Program-made: the position numbers and the translations under genes
Notes under the pieces: model-generated
What the model was told of the DNA's origin: nothing
The model's database searches: none
What the model saw: only the letters and a program-made list of their open reading frames with translations
Assembly: GCA_965649225.1 (NCBI GenBank)
Contig: CBFGJX010000030.1
Span: 1 to 12,869 of the forward strand
Direction of reading: 5' to 3'
DNA: 12,869 nucleotides
From: a candidate division WOR-3 bacterium
Lineage (GTDB): Bacteria; Hydrothermota; Tepidihabitantia; Tepidihabitantales; Tepidihabitantaceae
Shown here: positions 1-7,099 of the stretch, one piece after another
Layout: every line of letters starts with the position of its first letter
How positions within the stretch are numbered: the stretch's first letter is position 1

Positions 1-786
1 ACGCTGCGCAACCGCGAAGCGCTGGTGGAAAGAATCGGCAAAATGGCGGTTGAGCTGCTGAAGGCCGAACCGGTCGCAGCCGGCAGATATACGGTGATTG
101 TTGACCCGCTGCTGGCGGGCGTGTTTGTCCACGAGGCATTCGGCCATCTGAGCGAGGCCGATGAGCTGGTCGAGAACGAACGGCTGCAGGCGTTGCTCAA
201 GCCGGGACGGCGCATCGGTGTCGAGGGCTTGACAGTAGTCGACGATGCCACTCTGCCCGGCGAGCGCGGGTCCTACGGTTTTGACGATGAGGGCGTGCCA
301 GGTCAGCGCACCGAACTGGTGCGGGACGGGGTGGTGGCCGGCCGGCTGCATGACCGGGAGACTGCGGCCCGGATGAAAGAGGCACCGACCGGCAATGCCC
401 GGGCAATGTCCTACCGGCATACGCCGCTGGTGCGGATGAGCAACACCTTCATCGTGCCGCGCGAAAGCAACATCGAGGACATGATGGACGAGGTCGAGGA
501 TGGGCTTTATGTCTGCGGCAGTCGCGGCGGTAATACCGAGCTGGAGTCGTTCACTTTTGCTGCCCAGTATGCCTGGCGGATCAAGCACGGGCGTCGGACC
601 GGACTGGTGCGGAATGTGACAATTTCCGGCAATGTGTTCGAGACGCTTTTGAACATCGCGGCGGTGGGCGACGACCTGGTGATGCTGGGCGGTATCGGCA
701 TGTGCGGCAAGGCGGGGCAACTGGTGCCGGTTGGCATCGGTGCGCCGCATCTGCTGATTCGGAATGTCGTAATCGGCGGGAGGTAG
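1..786 (+). CDS. tldD: TldD-family metalloprotease, catalytic subunit (5'-truncated by the window edge)
   Basis: Frame is open from base 1 (TLRNREALVERIGK...). Contains the TldD zinc motif HEAFGHLSEAD (HExxxH, 130-147), the DDATLPGERGSYGFDDEG segment, TGNAR...RMSNT, and the C-terminal CGKAGQ...G.GAPHLLIRNVVIGG with the conserved Cys. Stop TAG at 784-786. Confidence 0.93.
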   Translation, partial: TLRNREALVERIGKMAVELLKAEPVAAGRYTVIVDPLLAGVFVHEAFGHLSEADELVENERLQALLKPGRRIGVEGLTVVDDATLPGERGSYGFDDEGVPGQRTELVRDGVVAGRLHDRETAARMKEAPTGNARAMSYRHTPLVRMSNTFIVPRESNIEDMMDEVEDGLYVCGSRGGNTELESFTFAAQYAWRIKHGRRTGLVRNVTISGNVFETLLNIAAVGDDLVMLGGIGMCGKAGQLVPVGIGAPHLLIRNVVIGGR

Positions 787-788
787 TA

Positions 789-2117
789 ATGGCAGAGGAG
801 CTGGATACCAGTACAGTCAGCCTCGAGCTGCTGGAACGGGCGCGGGGCGGGGCCGAGCAGGCGGAGGTTTACAGCGCCGAGGTCGATGCGACAACAGTGG
901 AGTTTCGGGCCGGCCGGTTGCATCGGCGCATCACCGGGCTCGGCGGCGGCTTTGGACTGCGCGTCGTGCGGTCGGGCCGGATCGGCTATGCCGCAACGAG
1001 CGACCCAAGGAGAGTGGAAGAAACGGTCGAGGCGGCGTTGACCGCAGCCAGCTGGGGCCGAATAGTGCGGTTCAACATGCCGCACCGGGCCGAGCCGAGC
1101 GAGGTAAAGACATTTGACAACCGGGTCATCATGCTGCCGACCGAGCGAATGATCGAATGGGGTCGCGAGCTCTGCGAGGCGGTCAGGGCGCGCGTTCCGG
1201 ACCTCAAACTGAATCTGACGCTGCACAAGGAATATCGCGAGGTAACGATCATCAACAGCAACGGGCTGGAGACGGGTTACACCCGCGCCGAGCTGGGAGT
1301 TTCGGTTGAAGGACTGCTGGTCAGTGACGGGCTTTACTGGATCTGGGAGTGGCGCAATCTCTCTGATGGCCGGCCGTTCCCGCTGGGTGAGCTGGCCGAC
1401 CGGCTGGAGGAGCGGGCGCGACTGGCCCGGCGCCGGGCGTGGCTGGCCAGTGGCCGGCTGCCGGTAGTGCTGGAACCGTCGGCACTGGAGCCCCTGCTGC
1501 TGCCGCTGGCTGTGGCGGTCAACGGCATCGAGTTTGTCAAGGGCAGTTCGCCACTCATCGGCCGGGAGGATGAACGGATACTCGATGCCCGGTTGACGAT
1601 TGCCGACAACGGCCGCCGGGACTGGGGCCCGGGTTCGGCGCCGGTTGACGAAGAGGGCGTGCCGCGGCGGCGAAACGTGCTTTTTGACGGCGGTGAGTTT
1701 CGTGGCTTCCTGTTCGATCTGGTCACCGGTGCGCTGGCCGGCCGCACCGGTACCGGGTCGGCGACGCGGGACTGGGACCACCCGCCCGAGCCCGGTACGA
1801 GCAATCTGGAACTGGCCGCCGGCAGCGACAGCCTGCCGGCAGTGGTGGCAGGAATGAAAGAGGGGCTGGTGGTGCAGAGTCTGCTCGGTGCCGGTCAGTC
1901 CGACCTGCTGGCCGGTGAGGTGGCGCTGGCGATTGCCGCCGGCTACAAGGTTGAAAACGGTCAGCCGGTTGGTATTGTGAAGGACGCGATGTTTGCCGGC
2001 AATGTCTATGAGCTGTTGCGGGAAGTAATGGCGGTCGGCGACAAAGTGGAAAACCACGGGCATCTTTTTGCACCGTTTGTCGCACTGCCGGCGGTTACGA
2101 TCGCGGCCAAGAATTAG
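789..2117 (+). CDS. pmbA: TldD/PmbA-family protein, non-catalytic PmbA/TldE-like partner
   Basis: ATG at 789, 2 nt after the tldD stop, with GGGAGG at 778-783 as SD. Family motifs AEQAEVY, GFGLRVV..GRIGYAATSD, KGSSPL, SAPVDEEG, TGSA.R, GYKVENG and MFAGNVYELL. No HExxxH, as expected for the TldE/PmbA partner, and it sits directly downstream of tldD. Confidence 0.88.
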   Translation: MAEELDTSTVSLELLERARGGAEQAEVYSAEVDATTVEFRAGRLHRRITGLGGGFGLRVVRSGRIGYAATSDPRRVEETVEAALTAASWGRIVRFNMPHRAEPSEVKTFDNRVIMLPTERMIEWGRELCEAVRARVPDLKLNLTLHKEYREVTIINSNGLETGYTRAELGVSVEGLLVSDGLYWIWEWRNLSDGRPFPLGELADRLEERARLARRRAWLASGRLPVVLEPSALEPLLLPLAVAVNGIEFVKGSSPLIGREDERILDARLTIADNGRRDWGPGSAPVDEEGVPRRRNVLFDGGEFRGFLFDLVTGALAGRTGTGSATRDWDHPPEPGTSNLELAAGSDSLPAVVAGMKEGLVVQSLLGAGQSDLLAGEVALAIAAGYKVENGQPVGIVKDAMFAGNVYELLREVMAVGDKVENHGHLFAPFVALPAVTIAAKN

Positions 2118-2145
2118 AGTCGGACAGAAAGAGACCAGAAGAACG

Positions 2146-4668
2146 ATGACACGGAAGACGAAGCGTATTCGGCAGACCAGAGCTGCCGGTAAGGCCAGAG
2201 GGCGAGAATTGATTGACCGGCTGCGGGTGTCGGCCGATGAGTTGTGCTGGCATTGCCCTGACCGGCTGCTGGCCGGGCTGGACAAGCTGAAGCCGGCAGA
2301 GGACATTGTCGGGCAGCCGCGCGCGGTTGAGGCGCTGGAGATGGGGCTGGCGGTGGACAGCGCCGGGTACAACATCTTCGTTACCGGCAAGGTCGGGACC
2401 GGCCGCACCACGACGGTCCGACGGCTGCTGGAGAAGTTTGCGGCGCGGCCGACGCAGGTCGAGGACAAGGTTTACGTCAACAATTTCCGCAATCCGGACG
2501 CCCCGCGGCTTCTGCGGCTGGCCGCCGGTCAGGGCATGCGGCTGCGCCGGCGGATGGATGAGCTGGTGGACCATCTGGTCAAGAATGTGCCCCAAGTGTT
2601 TGAGGGGGATGAATATCAGCGCCGCCGGCAGGAGATAATCGAACATTTCAAGGAGCAGGGTGGCGCCCGGGTGCGCGATTTCGAGCGCCGGGTTGCCGCC
2701 GAAGGGTTTGCTCTGGTGCAGCCTGCACCGATGGCCCGGCCCGAGCTGGCGCCAATCATCGAGAAACAGCCGGTGCAGCTCGAGGCGCTGTCGGCGCTGG
2801 TCGAGGAAGGCCGACTGACCCCGGAGCGGGCCGAGGAGATCCGGCGCAAGCACCGGGAACTGGCTGACGAGCTGGCGGCGATTTTCAAAGAAATCCGGGA
2901 CTTCGAGCGCCAGACCCGGGCCGCGCTGGCCGGACTGGATGAGGCGTTTGCCCGACCGTTGATTGACGAGCGGCTGGCCGAAATCAGGACCGAGCTTTCC
3001 GGGGCACCGGACAAAGAACCTCAGGACGGGGTCAAGGCCTATCTGGAAGAGGTTCGGGCCGCGGTACTGGAACGGCTGGATTTGTTCCGTGCGCGGCCGG
3101 CAGAAGGGGCGGGTGGCGAGAACGCGCCTGACCCGTATGCCGAGTTTCGCGTCAATGTCATAGTTGATAATTCGGAAACCAAAACCGCACCGGTAATTTT
3201 CGAAACCAGCCCGACATTTCGCAATCTGTTCGGGTCGATTGACCGCAACTGGGACCGTACCGGCATCAGCCGGGCCGATTTTTCGCGCATCAAGGCCGGC
3301 TCGCTGCTGCGGGCCGACGGCGGTTTTCTGGTGTTGAATGCGCTGGATGCGCTGATGGAGCCCGGAGTCTGGCCGGCACTCAAACGCACCCTGCGCAGCG
3401 GCAAACTGGAAATCGGCACTTGGGATCCGGCGGTAATGTTCTTCGGGGCGGCCGGGCTGAAACCCGAGCCGGTGACGATCCGGGTGAAGGTAATAATGAT
3501 CGGCGACCCGGAAATCTATGAGCTGCTGACGGCGCATGACGAAGATTTCAAGCGGGTCTTCAAGGTGCGCGCCGATTTTGACTGGGTGATGGACCTGGAT
3601 GCCGACGCGGTACGCCAGTATGCGGCAGTCATCCGGCGGCTGTGCCGGGAAAGCAAGATACTGCCGTTCGACCGGTCGGGCACGGCGGCGGTGATTGAGT
3701 ACGGGGTCCGCCTTGCCGGCAGGCGCAACAAACTCACGACCCGGTTCAATATCATCAGCGAGCTGTTGACCGAAGCCAGCCACTGGGCCCAGCGTGCCGG
3801 GGCAACAAAGGTGAGTGCCGAGCATGTTCATGAGGCGGTGAACAAACGGCGCTACCGGATGCGGCTTTACGCCGACAAGCTGCATGAAGCCATCCGGGAC
3901 GGGCTGATTTTCATCGATACCACCGGGGCCAAGGTCGGTCAGGTCAACGGGCTGGCAGTGTATGAGATGGGCGAATATGCTTTCGGTCGGCCGTCGCGGA
4001 TTACTGCCCGTACCGGTGTCGGCTCGGCCGGAATCATCAATATCGAGCGCGAAGCCCAGCTTTCAGGGCCGATTCATGACAAAGGCGTGTACATCATCGC
4101 CGGTTATCTGCGGCACATTTTTGCCCGCTCGGCGCCGCTGGTCTTGTCGGCGTCAATCTGCTTCGAGCAGAGCTACGGCGGCATTGACGGCGACAGCGCG
4201 TCGTCGACCGAGGTCTACGCACTGTTGTCGGACCTGGCCGGACTGCCGGTGCGGCAGGACATCGCGGTTACCGGTTCGGTCAATCAGAACGGCGAAATTC
4301 AACCGGTCGGCGGTGTAACCTGGAAAATCGAAGGTTTCTATGAGCTCTGCAAGTCCCGTGGCCTTACCGGCCGGCAGGGTGTGATGATTCCGCGGGCCAA
4401 TCTGATGGATTTGATGCTGCGGCCCGAGATTGTCGCCGACGTGGCGGCCGGCCGGTTCCACATCTGGGCGGTAAGCACGGTCGAAGAAGGAATCGAGCTG
4501 CTCACCGGTGTGCCTGCCGGCCGGCCCGACAAGGCCGGCCAGTGGCCGTCGGATACCGTGTTCGGCCGGGCTGCCCGCCGACTGCGGGAGCTGGCCGAAC
4601 TGCACCGTGACTGGGGCAAGCCGGAAAACGGGCCGGCAGCCAAAGGCGGTAAGAGCAAGAACAACTAA
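2146..4668 (+). CDS. Lon-like protease, LonC/YcbZ type (AAA-like domain with long helical insertions plus Lon S16 protease domain)
   Basis: IVGQPRA, YNIFVTGKVGTGRTT, VYVNNF..PDAP, IKAGSLLRADGGFLVL, VGQVNGLAV, FGRPSRITA, IEREAQLSGPIHDKG, FEQSYGGIDGDSASS (Ser at 4195-4197) and GGVTWKIEGF (Lys at 4324-4326, 43 residues later, the Lon dyad spacing). Start is uncertain: ATG 2146 has a weak SD; the in-frame TTG at 2209 is preceded by GAGGG. Confidence 0.92.
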   Translation: MTRKTKRIRQTRAAGKARGRELIDRLRVSADELCWHCPDRLLAGLDKLKPAEDIVGQPRAVEALEMGLAVDSAGYNIFVTGKVGTGRTTTVRRLLEKFAARPTQVEDKVYVNNFRNPDAPRLLRLAAGQGMRLRRRMDELVDHLVKNVPQVFEGDEYQRRRQEIIEHFKEQGGARVRDFERRVAAEGFALVQPAPMARPELAPIIEKQPVQLEALSALVEEGRLTPERAEEIRRKHRELADELAAIFKEIRDFERQTRAALAGLDEAFARPLIDERLAEIRTELSGAPDKEPQDGVKAYLEEVRAAVLERLDLFRARPAEGAGGENAPDPYAEFRVNVIVDNSETKTAPVIFETSPTFRNLFGSIDRNWDRTGISRADFSRIKAGSLLRADGGFLVLNALDALMEPGVWPALKRTLRSGKLEIGTWDPAVMFFGAAGLKPEPVTIRVKVIMIGDPEIYELLTAHDEDFKRVFKVRADFDWVMDLDADAVRQYAAVIRRLCRESKILPFDRSGTAAVIEYGVRLAGRRNKLTTRFNIISELLTEASHWAQRAGATKVSAEHVHEAVNKRRYRMRLYADKLHEAIRDGLIFIDTTGAKVGQVNGLAVYEMGEYAFGRPSRITARTGVGSAGIINIEREAQLSGPIHDKGVYIIAGYLRHIFARSAPLVLSASICFEQSYGGIDGDSASSTEVYALLSDLAGLPVRQDIAVTGSVNQNGEIQPVGGVTWKIEGFYELCKSRGLTGRQGVMIPRANLMDLMLRPEIVADVAAGRFHIWAVSTVEEGIELLTGVPAGRPDKAGQWPSDTVFGRAARRLRELAELHRDWGKPENGPAAKGGKSKNN

Positions 4669-4785
4669 CCCTCGCCAAGCGCTCAGGACGGGCTGCCAGG
4701 GGTCTTTGGCGACAAGTCCCTGAAAGACCGGAACTTAATTGAATGGGCCGATAGCCCGGCGCTGCGCCGTCGTTTGATGAGCAGG

Positions 4786-4811
4786 ACAAGGGCCCGGCCG
4801 GCCTTGTTGTT
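4786..4811 (+). terminator. Possible intrinsic terminator for the tldD-pmbA-lonC transcript
   Basis: ACAAGG (4786-4791) pairs with CCTTGT (4802-4807) around a GC-rich interior, followed by TGTT. The U-tract is weak. It lies just before the next promoter. Confidence 0.35.
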
Positions 4812-4816
4812 CCGGC

Positions 4817-4845
4817 TTGACCGGCCGGCCAGGGTTGGCTATATT
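4817..4845 (+). promoter_or_regulatory. Sigma70-type promoter for the M23 peptidase gene
   Basis: TTGACC (4817-4822), 17-nt spacer, TATATT (4840-4845). ATG follows 8 nt later. Confidence 0.72.
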
Positions 4846-4853
4846 TGCCGGCC

Positions 4854-5711
4854 ATGGAACGGCTCCAGGTTCTGGTTACCCTGAAGCGCCGTAACAGGTT
4901 TTTTAACCTGTCCGTTCCGGTCCTGCCGATATATGTAGTGCTGGTTTGTGCGGCCTGCCTGCTGGCCGCCGGCATGCTTCTGGGGGGTGGTCTGTGGGGC
5001 GAGTCGTATCGCACTGCCCGCCTGCGGCGGGAGAACGAAGCTCTGAAGAAGCGGATAGAGTTCTACGCCGCGGCAATCGATACCTTCCGTCAGTTCCTTG
5101 TCACCGCCGAAAAGATGGACAACAAGCTGCGGGCGGCAATGAGCCTCAGCCTGATTCCGAGTGATATCAGGTTGATGGGCATTGGCGGTCCGGGCCGAAC
5201 CCCGGCCGATGCCCGGGTGGACAACCTGCTGCGCCGGGTGCGGTTTGAGAGTCAGTCGCTCGCCGAGATTGAAGCGGCGATGAATGTCCAGCAGGAACGA
5301 CTGCAGTACACTCCTTCAATCTGGCCGGTGCGGGGCTGGGTGACATCCGGTTTCGGTCGCCGGCGCGATCCGTTCACCGGCATCAGGGTCATGCATAACG
5401 GTATCGATATCGTTGCGCCGGCCGGCACGCCGGTCGTTGCCAGTGCCGACGGCCGGGTGAAATTTGCCGGCTGGCGGCCAGGCTGGGGCCGGGTGGTGGA
5501 AATTGACCACGGCTGGGGAGTCTGCACGTTCTACGGTCATTGCCGGACGACGCTGGTGAAGGTGGGCAGCCGGGTCAAGCGCGGCGACACAATCGCCACC
5601 GTCGGTTCTTCCGGCAGGTCAACCGGCACTCACCTGCACTACGGTTTGACAGTGAACGGCAACTGGACCGACCCGGCCAACTACATCATCACCTACACCG
5701 CCGCCCGCTAG
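4854..5711 (+). CDS. M23 family metallopeptidase (peptidoglycan DD-endopeptidase-like) with N-terminal membrane anchor and coiled coil
   Basis: Hydrophobic segment (VPVLPIYVVLVCAACLLAAGMLLGG), coiled coil (ARLRRENEALKKRIE), then PSIWPVRGWVTSGFG.R.DPF, HNGIDI (HxxxD), YGHC and GRSTGTHLHY (HxH). ATG 4854 is preferred over TTG 4845, which overlaps the -10 box. Confidence 0.92.
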   Translation: MERLQVLVTLKRRNRFFNLSVPVLPIYVVLVCAACLLAAGMLLGGGLWGESYRTARLRRENEALKKRIEFYAAAIDTFRQFLVTAEKMDNKLRAAMSLSLIPSDIRLMGIGGPGRTPADARVDNLLRRVRFESQSLAEIEAAMNVQQERLQYTPSIWPVRGWVTSGFGRRRDPFTGIRVMHNGIDIVAPAGTPVVASADGRVKFAGWRPGWGRVVEIDHGWGVCTFYGHCRTTLVKVGSRVKRGDTIATVGSSGRSTGTHLHYGLTVNGNWTDPANYIITYTAAR

Positions 5712-5714
5712 TAT

Positions 5715-6977
5715 TCAGCGCGACAAAACAAACGGCCGCCGGGCCGAGAAGCTACGCCCACCGACCGTGTAATGGAGAACTGCCGCATAGATTCCGCCCG
5801 GCAGCGGCCGGCCGTCGCTGCTTCGACCGTCCCAGGTGCAGAAACCATCGGCCTCAGAGGCACGGCGGTCAATCAGCCGGATCAGCTCCTTGCCGCGCAG
5901 GTCACAGATAATCAACCGCAGTCTGCCGCCGGTGGGCTCCAGCCGGTAGAGCAGTTCGAGGCTGTCTTCGAATCCGTCCCCGTTCGGGGTGAAGCGGTCG
6001 CGGCTGAGGTCGAGCAGGCCGCCGAGACCGGGCCGGACAGTCAAACGGCGGCGGTTGTCGGCCGGCCGGAATTCGGCCGGGGCGCTGACTTCGGCCCAGA
6101 GGTCACTGGTGCGCTCCGGGCAGACAAACCGGAACAGCAAGCTGGTATCAGCACCGGGCTCGAGGGGGAAACCATCGGTTCCGCCAATGATTTCGCCGGG
6201 TTCGGGTGAGCTGTTGCCGTTGCGGTCGAGCCAGACCGTCAGCCGCCACCGTTCGGTGGCTCGGCGGCCGTGGTTGGCCAGCTCCACACGGACGGTGGCA
6301 GTGCCGCCGGGACGCAGCGGCCCGGAATCGGCGAGCAGCAGACTGGTGATGGCCAGGTCGTCAACCTGCAGCAGACTGGCCGCCCGGCCGGGTGTTGCGC
6401 CGGCCGAGTCAATGCAGACGACCCAGTTGCCGGGTGTGTCCGGCCCGGCCGGGTCAATCCGCTCCCAGGAGCGACCGTCACCGGCATCGCGGGGCAGGCT
6501 GTCGGCCGGGTCGAGCGGTGTGCCGAAAGTCGAAGTGTCACCGTAGGGTGATATCAGCCAGACCGGGTCACTGCCAGCGAGGCCGTTGCCGATGGTGGTG
6601 TTGCGGACAGAAACAATCAAGGTGGAATCAGGAAACCAGTAGGGGCGTACGAACCCGCCCTGGGCTGCGGGGGAGGTGTATTCCGGGTCCAGAACGACTG
6701 CCCAAGAGCCGGGCGGCAGCCAGGTTTGCCCGATCAGTACTCCGGGGCTGGTTTCCAGGAGGGTCGAGTCAGTCCAGGGGCAGATCAGGTCGCGGGCATC
6801 GCCGTCGTCGAGCGTCCAGTCGAGCAGGTCAACCGCATGACCGGTGGGGTTGTAAAGCTCGATAAACTCATTGCGGTCTTCGGGAAACAGAACGCCGCTG
6901 CCACCGGCTGGATTGGCCATCACCTCGCTGATTACCACCCGGCTGATACCAAATACCAGCAGTGTCAGCGTCAGCAT
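5715..6977 (-). CDS. Lamin-tail-domain (LTD) exported protein with a CARDB-like Ig domain and a C-terminal FlgD-Ig/T9SS type-B-like domain
   Basis: LTD motifs VVISEVMANP, EFIELYNPT...VDL..WTL.D, GRSWER and ATPG. CARDB-like DLAITS...VRVELAN.G...DN. C-terminal RFTPNGDGFED...ICDLRG...WDGRSSDGRPLPGGIY resembles gliding-motility/CHU_C and FlgD_ig C-terminal domains. Confidence 0.85.
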   Translation of the reverse strand: MLTLTLLVFGISRVVISEVMANPAGGSGVLFPEDRNEFIELYNPTGHAVDLLDWTLDDGDARDLICPWTDSTLLETSPGVLIGQTWLPPGSWAVVLDPEYTSPAAQGGFVRPYWFPDSTLIVSVRNTTIGNGLAGSDPVWLISPYGDTSTFGTPLDPADSLPRDAGDGRSWERIDPAGPDTPGNWVVCIDSAGATPGRAASLLQVDDLAITSLLLADSGPLRPGGTATVRVELANHGRRATERWRLTVWLDRNGNSSPEPGEIIGGTDGFPLEPGADTSLLFRFVCPERTSDLWAEVSAPAEFRPADNRRRLTVRPGLGGLLDLSRDRFTPNGDGFEDSLELLYRLEPTGGRLRLIICDLRGKELIRLIDRRASEADGFCTWDGRSSDGRPLPGGIYAAVLHYTVGGRSFSARRPFVLSR

Positions 6978-6983
6978 CAGGCC

Positions 6984-7011
6984 AGCATAGATTCCGTTGT
7001 CCGGGCGTCAA
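6984..7011 (-). promoter_or_regulatory. Sigma70-type promoter for the LTD gene
   Basis: Minus strand TTGACG (7011-7006), 16-nt spacer, TATGCT (6989-6984). ATG follows 6 nt later. Confidence 0.68.
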
Positions 7012-7022
7012 TGACCGGCGGC

Positions 7023-7050
7023 TTGACGGTCAGCAGGCCGGGGATAGAAT
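7023..7050 (+). promoter_or_regulatory. Sigma70-type promoter for the beta-helix gene
   Basis: TTGACG (7023-7028), 16-nt spacer, TAGAAT (7045-7050). The leader has a hairpin (TCCGGTT-GCCC-GACCGGA, 7070-7087) and SD AAGGAG (7088-7093). Confidence 0.7.
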
Positions 7051-7099
7051 CGGAACCGATAAAGCAGCGTCCGGTTGCCCGACCGGAAAGGAGTTGGCC

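Noticed and set aside
702..788. N-terminal extensions in the ORF track (702 for pmbA; likewise 2068, 6962 and 10698 for other genes)
   Set aside because: They overlap neighbouring genes or promoters. Downstream starts have SD sequences, signal peptides or family-typical N-termini.
507..2468. 653-aa minus-strand ORF
   Set aside because: Antisense shadow of tldD/pmbA/lonC with no recognisable motifs. Long shadow ORFs are expected in GC-rich DNA.
2095..3885. 596-aa minus-strand ORF
   Set aside because: Codon-register antisense mirror of the Lon-like gene, with an atypical composition and no motifs.
4590..4682. Resemblance of ACAACTAACCCTCGCCAAGCG (4661-4681) to the 3' end of the c-di-AMP (ydaO) riboswitch, a class often found before cell-wall hydrolases
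   Set aside because: The 5' conserved elements (GCTGAATC, GGGGGAACC, GGGGTGAATC) are not present, the region overlaps the lonC coding end, and the M23 promoter lies downstream. An Rfam ydaO-yuaA cmsearch would settle it.
4772..4800. TGATGAG resembling a hammerhead ribozyme core
   Set aside because: It is preceded by T rather than C (CUGAUGA is required), and no correctly placed GAAA follows a stem II.
4669..4853. 6S RNA, SRP RNA or tRNA identity for the intergenic segment
   Set aside because: No cloverleaf or T-loop, no SRP domain IV motif, no dedicated upstream promoter and no clean 6S-like rod. Retained only as an unassigned candidate.
6977..6988. Mini-ORF ATG-CTG-GCC-TGA on the minus strand overlapping the LTD start (TGATG)
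   Set aside because: Its ATG lies within the predicted -10 box (TATGCT), so it would not be transcribed from this promoter. Better explained as promoter sequence.
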